Positions 28,487-36,973 of a stretch of 64,000 nt of DNA are shown one piece after another. Below the pieces are notes generated by a model. The model worked only from the letters and a program-made list of their open reading frames with translations. It was not told where the DNA came from and ran no database searches. Source of the stretch: Candidatus Eiseniibacteriota bacterium. GTDB lineage: Bacteria; Eisenbacteria; RBG-16-71-46. The first letter of the stretch is position 1; each line of letters opens with the position of its first letter. Made by a program: the position numbers and the translations under genes. The stretch is taken from NCBI GenBank assembly GCA_031370785.1, contig JANMQY010000058.1:32001-96000 (forward strand). The letters run 5' to 3'.

Positions 28487-31321
28487 TCAGCTTCGTGTGG
28501 CGCGAGCGGCCGCCTCGAGCACTCCCGTACAGCGCGCACAGAGTCCCGCCGTCGGGCCATCGGGCGCGACGTCGCGGCGATGCGTCCAGCAGCGCTCGCA
28601 GCGCGCGTAGGCGGTCTTCGTCACCGCGACTTCGATCTCCTGGCCCTCGCGCCCCTCGCGCACGCGAGCTTCGGCGACGATCAGGAATCCCGCCAGTTCG
28701 CCGAGGTAGGGCGCGAGCCGGTGCGCCAGAGTCGGCGGGACGGTCACCGTGACTTCCGCTTCCGGCGTCCCCGCGAGCGCCTTCGTGGCGCGAAGCGGCT
28801 CGATCGCGGCGTTGACCGCGTCGCGCACCGAGTGCAGGAGCGCCCACTCCTCCGCCGCGCCGGGATCTGCTTTGCGCTCCGGCCAGAGCGCGAGGTGCAC
28901 GCTCTCGCATTCTGCGGTGAGGCCCGGATGGAACTGCCACACCTCATCGCACGTGAAGACAAGCGCGGGTGAGGCCGCGATCACCAGGTCGTGCAGCGCC
29001 TGCCACAGCACGGTCTGCGCCGAGCGCCGAAGCGGATCGTCGGGGGCAAGGGTGTAGAGCCGGTCCTTGGCCACATCGAGGAACACCGAGGACAGGTCCA
29101 CGGTGCAGATGTCGAGCAGCGCGTCGAGCACGCGATGGAACAGCAGTGCTTCGGTGTCCCGCTTCATGAGGTTGACGCGCTCCGCCAGATGCGAGGCGAA
29201 CACCCGATCCACCGCAGTCAGCTGGTCTCGCGGCAGCGCGTCGGCGGCACTGAATCCCTCGAGATTCCCGAGCAGGAAGCGGAACGTGTTCCGCACCTTC
29301 CGGTAGGCATCGGACACGCGCTGCAGGATTTCGTCCCCGATCCGCACGTCGGTGCGCCAGTCGGCGGCCAGCGCCCACCAGCGCACGATCTCGGCACCGC
29401 TGCGCTTGATGATTTCCTCGGGGTTCGTCACGTTGCCCAGCGACTTGTGCATGGCGCGGCCCTGCGCATCCAGCACCCAGCCGTGGGTGAGCACGTCGGT
29501 GTAAGGCGCCCGATCGTCGGCGCCGATCCCGATCATGAGCGAGGAGTTGAACCAGCCGCGATGCTGGTCCGGTCCCTCGAAGTACGCGATGCGGCCGCCG
29601 CTCGCGCGCGCGCGCTCCCACACTTCGCGAAGCGCGGGATGGGTTTCCTTCACCGCCCGATGGGTCGAGCCCGAGTCGAACCACACATCGAGGATGTCGG
29701 TCTCCCGGCGGAACGGCCCGTTCGCACCGCAGGCGCCGCAGCGGAAACCCTCCGGAAGGAACGATGCGACGTCGCCCTCGTACCACGCGTCCGAGCCGTG
29801 CTCGCGAATGAGCGCGGCGGCCTTTCGCATGACCCCGGGGTCGAGCGTGGCCTCTTCGCAGGACTCGCAGTACACCGCCGGGATCCCGACGCCCCACGCG
29901 CGCTGGCGCGAGATACACCAGTCGGGACGCAGCCTCACGGACTCGCGGATGCGGTTGAGCGAATTGGCCGGATCCCAGCGCACGTCCTTCTGGATTGCCT
30001 GGAGCGCTCGCTCGCGATGGCTCATCGCCGGTTCGCCCGGGCGCAATGCTGCGGGAGCATGGTCGATGATCATGAACCACTGCTTGGTGGCGCGGAAGAT
30101 CACCGGCTGGCGGCAGCGCCAGCAATGCGGATAGGAGTGCATGATCGTGCCTGAGGCGACCCGTCGCCCTCGCTCGCCGAGCCAGGCGACGATGTCCGGA
30201 TTGACCTCGAGCACGCTGCGTCCGACGAACGGCTCGGCGCCCGCGGTGAAGCGGCCCGCCTCGTCGACCGGGCAGAGCACGCCGAGCGAGTTGCGCATGC
30301 CCACCGCGAAGTCCTCCTTGCCATGCCCGGGCGCGGTGTGCACCAGCCCGGTGCCATCCTCCATGCTGACGAACGGCGTGCCGTCGACCACGCGCGAGTC
30401 GCCACCCCACGGGCCCTCGAACACGAGGCCAACGAGGGCGCGGCCCGGCAAGGTGCCCTCGACCGTGTGCTGCTTCCAGCCAGCCGCTTCCGCGACCGCC
30501 GCGACCCGCGGTTTCGCGATGATCCATCGGCTCTCGCCCACGCGCACTACCGCATACTCGGCCGCAGGGTCCACCATCAGTCCGAGGTTCGCGGGCAGCG
30601 TCCACGGCGTCGTGGTCCAGGCCAGAGCGGCGGTACCGGGCCACGCGAGAAGCACTCCCGAAGGGTCGGAGCGGAGCGGGAAGGAAACGTAGATCGAGGC
30701 CGAGGAGTCGTCCTGATACTCGATCTCCGCCTCGGCGAGCGCGGTCTTGTCGGTCGGGCACCAGTGGATCGAACGCAGGCCGCGCTGGATGTAGCCGCGC
30801 CCGGCCAGCGTCGCCAGGGTGTCCACGATCGCGGCTTCGAAATGCGAGTCCATGGTGAGGTAGGGGTGTTCCCACTCGCCCCACACGCCGAGCCGCTCGA
30901 ACTCGCGGCGCTGGATCTCGACCCACTCGGCCGCATAGCTGCGGCAGCGGCGGCGCAGCTCGAGCCGGTCGGGTGTCAGCTTCTTCTCGCGAAATTCCTT
31001 GCCGACCTGGATTTCGATCGGCATGCCGTGGTTGTCCCACCCCGGAACGTAGGGCGCGTCGCAACCGAGCAAGGAGGCGCTGCGGATCGCCGCGTCCTTC
31101 CAGATCTTGTTGGCCGCGGTGCCCATGTGCAGGTGACCGTTCGAGTAGGGGGGGCCGTCGTGCAGCAGCCACACTCGGGATCCGGCGCGTGCGGCGCGAA
31201 GTTTCGAGTAGAGCTCGCGTTCCTTCCACCATGCCAGCCGCTCCGGCTCGCGCCGCGTGAGATCGGCCTTCATGGGAAAGTCGGTCTTCGGCAGATTGAG
31301 CGTGTCGCGATAGCCCGCCAT
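28487..31321 (-). CDS. ileS: Isoleucine--tRNA ligase (IleRS1 type)
   Basis: TLNLPKTDFPM, HDGPPY, WTTTPWTLP, GTGLVHTAPGHG, DWCISRQR and C-terminal Zn finger CERC...CARC; GGAGG RBS. Confidence 0.97.
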   Translation of the reverse strand: MAGYRDTLNLPKTDFPMKADLTRREPERLAWWKERELYSKLRAARAGSRVWLLHDGPPYSNGHLHMGTAANKIWKDAAIRSASLLGCDAPYVPGWDNHGMPIEIQVGKEFREKKLTPDRLELRRRCRSYAAEWVEIQRREFERLGVWGEWEHPYLTMDSHFEAAIVDTLATLAGRGYIQRGLRSIHWCPTDKTALAEAEIEYQDDSSASIYVSFPLRSDPSGVLLAWPGTAALAWTTTPWTLPANLGLMVDPAAEYAVVRVGESRWIIAKPRVAAVAEAAGWKQHTVEGTLPGRALVGLVFEGPWGGDSRVVDGTPFVSMEDGTGLVHTAPGHGKEDFAVGMRNSLGVLCPVDEAGRFTAGAEPFVGRSVLEVNPDIVAWLGERGRRVASGTIMHSYPHCWRCRQPVIFRATKQWFMIIDHAPAALRPGEPAMSHRERALQAIQKDVRWDPANSLNRIRESVRLRPDWCISRQRAWGVGIPAVYCESCEEATLDPGVMRKAAALIREHGSDAWYEGDVASFLPEGFRCGACGANGPFRRETDILDVWFDSGSTHRAVKETHPALREVWERARASGGRIAYFEGPDQHRGWFNSSLMIGIGADDRAPYTDVLTHGWVLDAQGRAMHKSLGNVTNPEEIIKRSGAEIVRWWALAADWRTDVRIGDEILQRVSDAYRKVRNTFRFLLGNLEGFSAADALPRDQLTAVDRVFASHLAERVNLMKRDTEALLFHRVLDALLDICTVDLSSVFLDVAKDRLYTLAPDDPLRRSAQTVLWQALHDLVIAASPALVFTCDEVWQFHPGLTAECESVHLALWPERKADPGAAEEWALLHSVRDAVNAAIEPLRATKALAGTPEAEVTVTVPPTLAHRLAPYLGELAGFLIVAEARVREGREGQEIEVAVTKTAYARCERCWTHRRDVAPDGPTAGLCARCTGVLEAAARATRS

Positions 31322-31347
31322 CTCGTCCTCCCGGACCTCGAGGTCCG

Positions 31348-31383
31348 AAAACAGAAACGCCCCAACGGAATTCCGTTGGGGCG
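31348..31383 (-). terminator. T-box leader terminator
   Basis: Perfect palindrome CGCCCCAACGGAATTCCGTTGGGGCG followed by TTTCTGTTTT; its 5' arm overlaps the antiterminator 3' strand. Confidence 0.85.
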
Positions 31384-31622
31384 ACGAAGTCGCGGTACCA
31401 CCCAACTTCGCTCGCGCCTCGCGGCGCCAAGCCTCTACGAGCGCGATCGCGCTCTGCTCCACTTTCGTGGGAGCCTTCGTCCGGCTCTACTCGGCCTTCG
31501 CGGCGCGAAGCCTTTCCGCCGGCAGCTCGGGGGTGATCTTCGGCGCGTGCCCTGGCGCCGGGCTCTCACCGCCCCCGGCTCGCTCCTGCCCGCTCCCGCG
31601 CCTACTCGTCCCCGTCACAGCC
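31348..31622 (-). ncRNA. T-box riboswitch (Ile specifier AUC), transcription-attenuation type
   Basis: Stem I has AGTA, AGCGA bulge, GGTGAGA apical loop and GAAG-ATC-A specifier (31535-31537). Stem II has GAAA/AGTA. T-box AAGTTGGGTGGTACCGCG at 31391-31408, then the terminator. Confidence 0.93.
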
Positions 31623-31641
31623 CTGGACAGCGGGAGCAAAG

Positions 31642-31683
31642 TGTCACGGGCTCCCTGCGGCGTCAAGCCGGGAGCCCGTGACA
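31642..31683. repeat. 14-bp perfect inverted repeat overlapping the putative ileS-leader promoter
   Basis: TGTCACGGGCTCCC-N14-GGGAGCCCGTGACA; the minus strand reads TTGACG-N17-CACTTT across it. Confidence 0.7.
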
Positions 31684-31712
31684 TTCTCGAGCGAAAGCGT
31701 GAAAGCAGAGGC

Positions 31713-32918
31713 CTAGAGCGGCGTCTCGATCCACGACAGCGTGGTGAACTGGCTGCCGTAGCGTGAGAGCGCCTGCATGATGGCCTCGGAACTGAAGAGC
31801 AGGGTCGAACCACCGTTCTGCTTCACCTGGGTCGTGCCCTTGACGATGATGCCGCCCAGAACCCACGCCTGGCCGTTCATCTTGAGGTCACCTTCGACGT
31901 AGAGCAGGCCCCTGTAGACGAAGCCGGAGTTGATGGTGAGATCCCCGCCCACGTAGGTCATGCCTTCGCCGGTGCCGCCGTGAATGCCGAGGTCGCCGGC
32001 GTAGTAACCGATTCCATTCGGCAGCCACGAGCTCCTGGCGGGACCGATCCAGGAAAAGAATTCGGCCTGGGTCATGCCGAGCGCCGACCAGGGGCCCGCG
32101 TAGAAGCCGACCTGATTCATCTGGTTCGCGGGGACGACGGGCGAGTAGGTGGCGGAAGCGCCGCCATTGTTGGAACCTGTCGTGGTCCACGAGGCGGGCA
32201 TGTTGCCGGCGCCGGTCTCGTAAGGGAAGCAGTCGGGCGCGGTACCCCGGCCCATGGCTCCCTGTCCGGTCGGCGTGCTGCCCGAGTGGTTGTAGCCGCA
32301 CACCACCGCGTTGCCGATGAAATTGATGTCCACATTGGCGGCGAGCGCCGCCTTGATGTTCGCGACGATCGGCTTGACGATCACCTGCGCGACGATCTTG
32401 CGCGCATCCGCGCCCTTGCGGCCGACCGAGGTGATCACCATGATCGGCAGCCCGCTGGCCGTCTGAATCGGGGGCGTCAAGGACGCGTCGTACTTGTAGA
32501 TCACGGTCTTGGCCGGATCGGTCAGATAGGTCACGGTCAGCACGTCAGGACCGCGGGTAGGCCTGCTGTAGTCAAGCCAGGTTCCGGCGGGCTGTGCGGT
32601 CTCGACGAACTGCGAGTCCGCATTGCCCGGCGTCGGGACGCTGCCTGCGGCAACGTTGTAGATCTGGCCCACCGAGCGCGGATTCGTGAGCGAGGTCATG
32701 ATGTTCTGGGCGCGGACCTGCGCCAGCGCCTCGGCGATGCCCGCTTCCGCGGTGTTGAGCGCCTGGGACTCGCGCATGCTGTGCCCTGCGATCTTCGTAT
32801 TGGTGTTGATCGACATCATCAGCACCGCGGCCAGCAGCGACAGCACCAGCAGCACCAGCAGCGCCACCACCAGGCCGATGCCGCGTTCGTTGCGCAGGGG
32901 TTCGCGTAGCGGATTCAT
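31713..32918 (-). CDS. PilX-like minor pilin / pilus assembly protein
   Basis: ERG|IGLVVALLVLL (no Glu5, as in PilX/GspK); QALNTAEAGI; C-terminal beta-helix-like GLLYVEGDL repeats. Confidence 0.82.
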   Translation of the reverse strand: MNPLREPLRNERGIGLVVALLVLLVLSLLAAVLMMSINTNTKIAGHSMRESQALNTAEAGIAEALAQVRAQNIMTSLTNPRSVGQIYNVAAGSVPTPGNADSQFVETAQPAGTWLDYSRPTRGPDVLTVTYLTDPAKTVIYKYDASLTPPIQTASGLPIMVITSVGRKGADARKIVAQVIVKPIVANIKAALAANVDINFIGNAVVCGYNHSGSTPTGQGAMGRGTAPDCFPYETGAGNMPASWTTTGSNNGGASATYSPVVPANQMNQVGFYAGPWSALGMTQAEFFSWIGPARSSWLPNGIGYYAGDLGIHGGTGEGMTYVGGDLTINSGFVYRGLLYVEGDLKMNGQAWVLGGIIVKGTTQVKQNGGSTLLFSSEAIMQALSRYGSQFTTLSWIETPL

Positions 32919-32929
32919 TCCTGACACTC

Positions 32930-35917
32930 CTATCGGATGAACACGATCAACTGACCGTTGGTCGCGCTGGTCTTGACACCGCATGCAAAGTCTTTCAGGT
33001 ACGGAGCGCTCGGCACCGAGGGCTTCACGCCGTAGTTGAAGTTGTTGACCGTGAGAGCGGGCACCATGTTGACGAGCGAGCCGCTCGAAGGATCGTTCGG
33101 CGAGAAGGGCAGCAGCCCCGAGTCCATGTAGTAGATGCGCAGGGCTCCCGCGAACGTGGCCACGTCGGCGCGCGTGCCGCAGATGATGTCGCTGCGGGAC
33201 GTACCACCCATGTCGGCCACTGTCACCGCCATCGGGAAGCCCGGGGTGTCGACGCTGCGCACGTTGATGAACGACCAGATTCCGGCCGCGGTCGCGTTCT
33301 TGTACTGGATCAGATGGCCGGTCGTGCCGCTGGTCTGGGTGCCGACCACCACGTCGACCTTGCCGTCGCTGTCGAAGTCACCGCATGCGATAGAAGTCAC
33401 CGCTTCGGTCGCGAGCGTGACCTTGGTCTGATAGACGAAACGGGCGCCGTTGACCTTGCTCACGTTCCGGAAGGCAATCACCTGGCCGCTATAGCTGCTC
33501 AGCCGCGTGCCCACCATCAGGTCGCGACGACCGTCGCCATCGATGTCGGCGAGGGTCATGCACGTCACTTCGCCCAGCTGGTTGCTCGGGATCGAGCCGC
33601 TCGGCGGATAGATATCCTGACGGGTGAAGGCAGGCACCGCCGCGTTGTCACTCGACCACACTTCGATCGTGCCCTGCCCCGCAGTCGGGGATTTCGTGCC
33701 GACGATGATGTCCACCTGGTCCGCAGTGGCGCCACCCGCGCAGTCCATGGTGAGCACCGCCTGCACGTCGCCCAGATCGCTCGTCCGGTAGTTGCGGCTG
33801 GTGCTGTACGTGGCCGGGAAGAAGCCCTCGTTCGGGTTTCCCTGATTGAACCACACGAAGAAGTTGCCGGCCGGCGTCGTGCTCAGCTTGGTGCCGGTCA
33901 CGAGGTCGAGGCGCGACTTGGGCGCGGCAGCGTCGACGGTGTCGAGCGCCATGCACGCCACCGACTGTGGCGCCAGACGGGTGTAGTCGGGCGTGCTCAG
34001 GAAGAGAGGCGAGCTGCTGTAGTCGTTGAACCAGACCGAGATGTTGTCGGTGCCGCCCGCGTCCGCGCCCAGCACCAGATCGGCGTCCTGACGCGCGTTC
34101 TGGGTCTGGTTGCCGTTCCAGTCCTGCTCGATCAGGTCGCCGCTCGCGAGGCTCAGCACGCGGCTGGCGGTGAGCGAGATGACCTGATAGGAGCTCATCC
34201 CGAAGTTCTGCCCTGTCAGAGCCTGCGAGGCCGTCAGCCACACCGGGCCGATGCTGGTGGTGCTGGTAGGGAAGAAGCCGGTGGGTACGATCGCCATCAC
34301 GTAATAGGCCTGGGTGCGCGGGGGGTCGTTGATCGGCACGTTGCTGATCGTGTAGTTGCCGCTCGCGTCCGTGTAGGCATATCCCTTGACCGTGAGCCCG
34401 CCGTCCGGGGTCACGCCAATCCAGACATTCTGAATTCCGTTCTCGCCGGCGTCCTTGGTTCCATTTCGATTGTTGTCGGTGTACACATTGCCGCTGACCG
34501 TCGCCACCTGCCCTTTGAGAATGCCGAAGTGGATGGAAGCCGAGTCGCCGTTCACCATGGTGCCGCTCACGGGATTGGCCGAGGTGATCGCGAAGGAGTC
34601 GGGCGCGGTCACGGTCACGGTCCAGCCACCCACGCCCGAGAACATGCGCGCCGTCCCGGAGGTGCCGGTGAAGTAGATGCTGTTGCCCGGGTTGATGGTC
34701 AGCTTGACGCCCGGCATCGGATTTTCGCCGGGCTGCTCGGTGCCATTGGAATTCACGTCGTTGAAGACCAGCGCGGTCACGTAGCCGCCGGGGGTCGGGA
34801 CGTCCGCGAAATTGTGCGAGGTCGCCGGCCCAAGGTTGCAGAGGAAGCTGTCGGGCGAGCTGTAGCTGGTGAAGCCCGGCGTGGGCACGTGCTTGAGCAT
34901 GTAGCTGCCAGCAGGCGCGCGAAGCAGGAAGTAGCCGCTCGCGTCGGTATAGGTCTGGAGCGTGCCCAGCTTGACCGAGCTGCCCTGGATGCCGGGCTCG
35001 CCAGCGTCCTTGATGCGATCCGAGTCGAGGTCATTGAAGACGTAACCCGACACCGGGTACTCGGTCTTGCCGAAGTCCGGAATGTTGCGCAGAGAATTGA
35101 CGGTGGTGGTGAGCTTGGTCGCGGCGAAGTTGCCCTTCGAATCCGGCTTGCCGGAAGGCGCGACCACGCTGACGGTGACACGCTGGATGTCCATCAGCTG
35201 CGCGGCCGGGATCGGGCCGTTCGCCCAGTCCCACGGCGTGCTCTGCCCGGCCAGGTACACCTGGAACATCGGAGGCGTCGTGCCGCCCGGCTTGTTCACC
35301 AGGGCCACGCGCTCGGTCCATCCGCCGTTGTTCGTCGCGGTGGCGCTCGAGTCGCCGTATACCTGGCGCACCAGCTCGTAGTCGTTCGGGTTCGGACTGC
35401 GCTGTGCATCCACCCCGTTGGCAACCGCGCGGTCGCCGGAAGTCACGGAGCCGTCGTTGTTGACGTCCAGCGTCCAGCGCACGGTTTCTGCGCCAGTGTG
35501 GAACTTCGTCGGGGGCTGCCACGACGTGCCGTTGAGCGGAAAGGGCCTCGGCGTGCCGGCCGGATCGTATGCGGTGGTGTCGCGCGTTCCGATGTCGCCC
35601 GAGAAGTTGGCGTTGATGAGGATCTCCATCGAATCGACGTACGCGATCGGAGGCTGGGGCGGGACGTTGTTCTTGTCGGCGCCGTAGCCGGCGCTGCGGA
35701 TGTCGCGCGCCATCATGTCGAGCGCGACCCGTGCAGCCTGCTCCGATTCCACGCGGTTGTTGACCGCGACCTTGTTGTGGCTCGCCGAGTACATGACCAT
35801 GGTCAGGACCACCATCACCACGGAGAGCACCATCAGCGTGATCATCAGCTCCACCAGCGTGAAGCCTCGAGAGCGTCGGTCGAGATGGCGCGAAGGCGTT
35901 GTGGGGGTCGTCATCAT
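32930..35917 (-). CDS. PilW-like prepilin fused to SdrD_B/CnaB-like domains and FG-GAP-like beta-propeller repeats
   Basis: RG|FTLVELMITL and ARDIRSAGY; repeats of the form SG.V..D.N.NG..D.GE.G; DIDGDGRRDL and DFDSDGKVDV motifs. Confidence 0.85.
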   Translation of the reverse strand: MMTTPTTPSRHLDRRSRGFTLVELMITLMVLSVVMVVLTMVMYSASHNKVAVNNRVESEQAARVALDMMARDIRSAGYGADKNNVPPQPPIAYVDSMEILINANFSGDIGTRDTTAYDPAGTPRPFPLNGTSWQPPTKFHTGAETVRWTLDVNNDGSVTSGDRAVANGVDAQRSPNPNDYELVRQVYGDSSATATNNGGWTERVALVNKPGGTTPPMFQVYLAGQSTPWDWANGPIPAAQLMDIQRVTVSVVAPSGKPDSKGNFAATKLTTTVNSLRNIPDFGKTEYPVSGYVFNDLDSDRIKDAGEPGIQGSSVKLGTLQTYTDASGYFLLRAPAGSYMLKHVPTPGFTSYSSPDSFLCNLGPATSHNFADVPTPGGYVTALVFNDVNSNGTEQPGENPMPGVKLTINPGNSIYFTGTSGTARMFSGVGGWTVTVTAPDSFAITSANPVSGTMVNGDSASIHFGILKGQVATVSGNVYTDNNRNGTKDAGENGIQNVWIGVTPDGGLTVKGYAYTDASGNYTISNVPINDPPRTQAYYVMAIVPTGFFPTSTTSIGPVWLTASQALTGQNFGMSSYQVISLTASRVLSLASGDLIEQDWNGNQTQNARQDADLVLGADAGGTDNISVWFNDYSSSPLFLSTPDYTRLAPQSVACMALDTVDAAAPKSRLDLVTGTKLSTTPAGNFFVWFNQGNPNEGFFPATYSTSRNYRTSDLGDVQAVLTMDCAGGATADQVDIIVGTKSPTAGQGTIEVWSSDNAAVPAFTRQDIYPPSGSIPSNQLGEVTCMTLADIDGDGRRDLMVGTRLSSYSGQVIAFRNVSKVNGARFVYQTKVTLATEAVTSIACGDFDSDGKVDVVVGTQTSGTTGHLIQYKNATAAGIWSFINVRSVDTPGFPMAVTVADMGGTSRSDIICGTRADVATFAGALRIYYMDSGLLPFSPNDPSSGSLVNMVPALTVNNFNYGVKPSVPSAPYLKDFACGVKTSATNGQLIVFIR

Positions 35918-35919
35918 GG

Positions 35920-36327
35920 TTATTGCCTCAGGTATGTGGTGGCGGAAACCGCGCGTGCTCCCATGAAGGTCCAACTGACCGTCACGGTCACTTTCTTCAG
36001 GTTGTCCAACGGGGCCGCCATCGTGGTGACCTGGTAGAAGCGCTTCCACTGACCGGAGCCCAGGCTCTCGGTCGCGGTGCCTGCCGGGTGACGGCCGACG
36101 GTGAGATTGGCGTCGGACCAGGTCAGGCCTTCGAGATCCTCGAGCTTCTGCTGGGCGTAGTAGCTCGCGGTCGTCGTCATCCGGTCCTGCAGCTGATTGC
36201 GCGAACCGGCAGGAAAGATCCCGCCGATCGCGAGCACGCCGATCGAGAGCACGACCAGGGCGACGACCAGCTCGACCAGCGACATGCCGTGCTCGGAGCG
36301 CGCCGGATCGATCTTCGTGGCTTGCAT
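35920..36327 (-). CDS. PilV-like minor pilin
   Basis: HG|MSLVELVVALVVLSIG, AQQKLEDL and KVTVTVSW. Confidence 0.85.
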   Translation of the reverse strand: MQATKIDPARSEHGMSLVELVVALVVLSIGVLAIGGIFPAGSRNQLQDRMTTTASYYAQQKLEDLEGLTWSDANLTVGRHPAGTATESLGSGQWKRFYQVTTMAAPLDNLKKVTVTVSWTFMGARAVSATTYLRQ

Positions 36328-36341
36328 CGCGTCGCCTCCCA

Positions 36342-36779
36342 TCAGTTGAGCACCAGGCCGGAGAGCTGAACCGTTACCGTGTCGCGGTTACCGCGGCGAT
36401 CCTTCATCTCGATGATTCCGGCGGCAGGCGCGGTGAACGAGCAACGACCATCGCGCTCGAGCGTGTACCAGCCACCGACTTCAGCGGCGAGAAACTCGAT
36501 TCCCTTCGGCAGCGTCCATTGGGTCGCGACTCCGGTCGGATAGTGAATGTGGTAGGTCGTGATCGAGAGAATGTGAATCGGTTGGCGCACGCCCGAGGAC
36601 AGCGCCTTCTCTCTCGCCAGCCTGAGCTGCGCCGCGATGTTCTCGGCCGCACCGTGCAGCTGCTGCGACTGGCTGATGCCCCGGAAGGAAGGCACGGCGA
36701 ACGCCACCACGAGGCCAAGCACCACAACGGTGATGACCATCTCGATCAGTGAGAATCCCGGTGACATGCGACGTTCCAT
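36342..36779 (-). CDS. FimT/FimU/GspH-like minor pilin
   Basis: PG|FSLIEMVITVVVLG and LRLAREKA; AAGGAG RBS. Confidence 0.85.
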   Translation of the reverse strand: MERRMSPGFSLIEMVITVVVLGLVVAFAVPSFRGISQSQQLHGAAENIAAQLRLAREKALSSGVRQPIHILSITTYHIHYPTGVATQWTLPKGIEFLAAEVGGWYTLERDGRCSFTAPAAGIIEMKDRRGNRDTVTVQLSGLVLN

Positions 36780-36801
36780 GGCAAACTCCTTACCCGATAT
36801 A

Positions 36802-36817
36802 AGCAGCGGACGTGCCA
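36802..36817 (-). promoter_or_regulatory. Sigma54 (-24/-12) promoter of the minor-pilin operon
   Basis: TGGCACGTCCGCTGCT with exact GG-N10-GC spacing, 22 nt upstream of the ATG. Confidence 0.75.
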
Positions 36818-36973
36818 CGCGAGCCCCGGACCCGGGGACCTCCCGTGCATCCGGAATCGGCCCAACGCACAAGGGACTTGAGGGGTTTGAAATGGCGCGG
36901 CCGCGGGGAGGCAGAGCGGGGTTGCGCGGGGCAACGGCCGGTCGTGCGCTCCGCCCGATATGGCGAGCGTTGT

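Noticed and set aside
31322..31462. 47-aa N-terminal extension of IleRS in the ORF track
   Set aside because: It overlaps the T-box and terminator; the true start is ATG 31321 with a GGAGG RBS.
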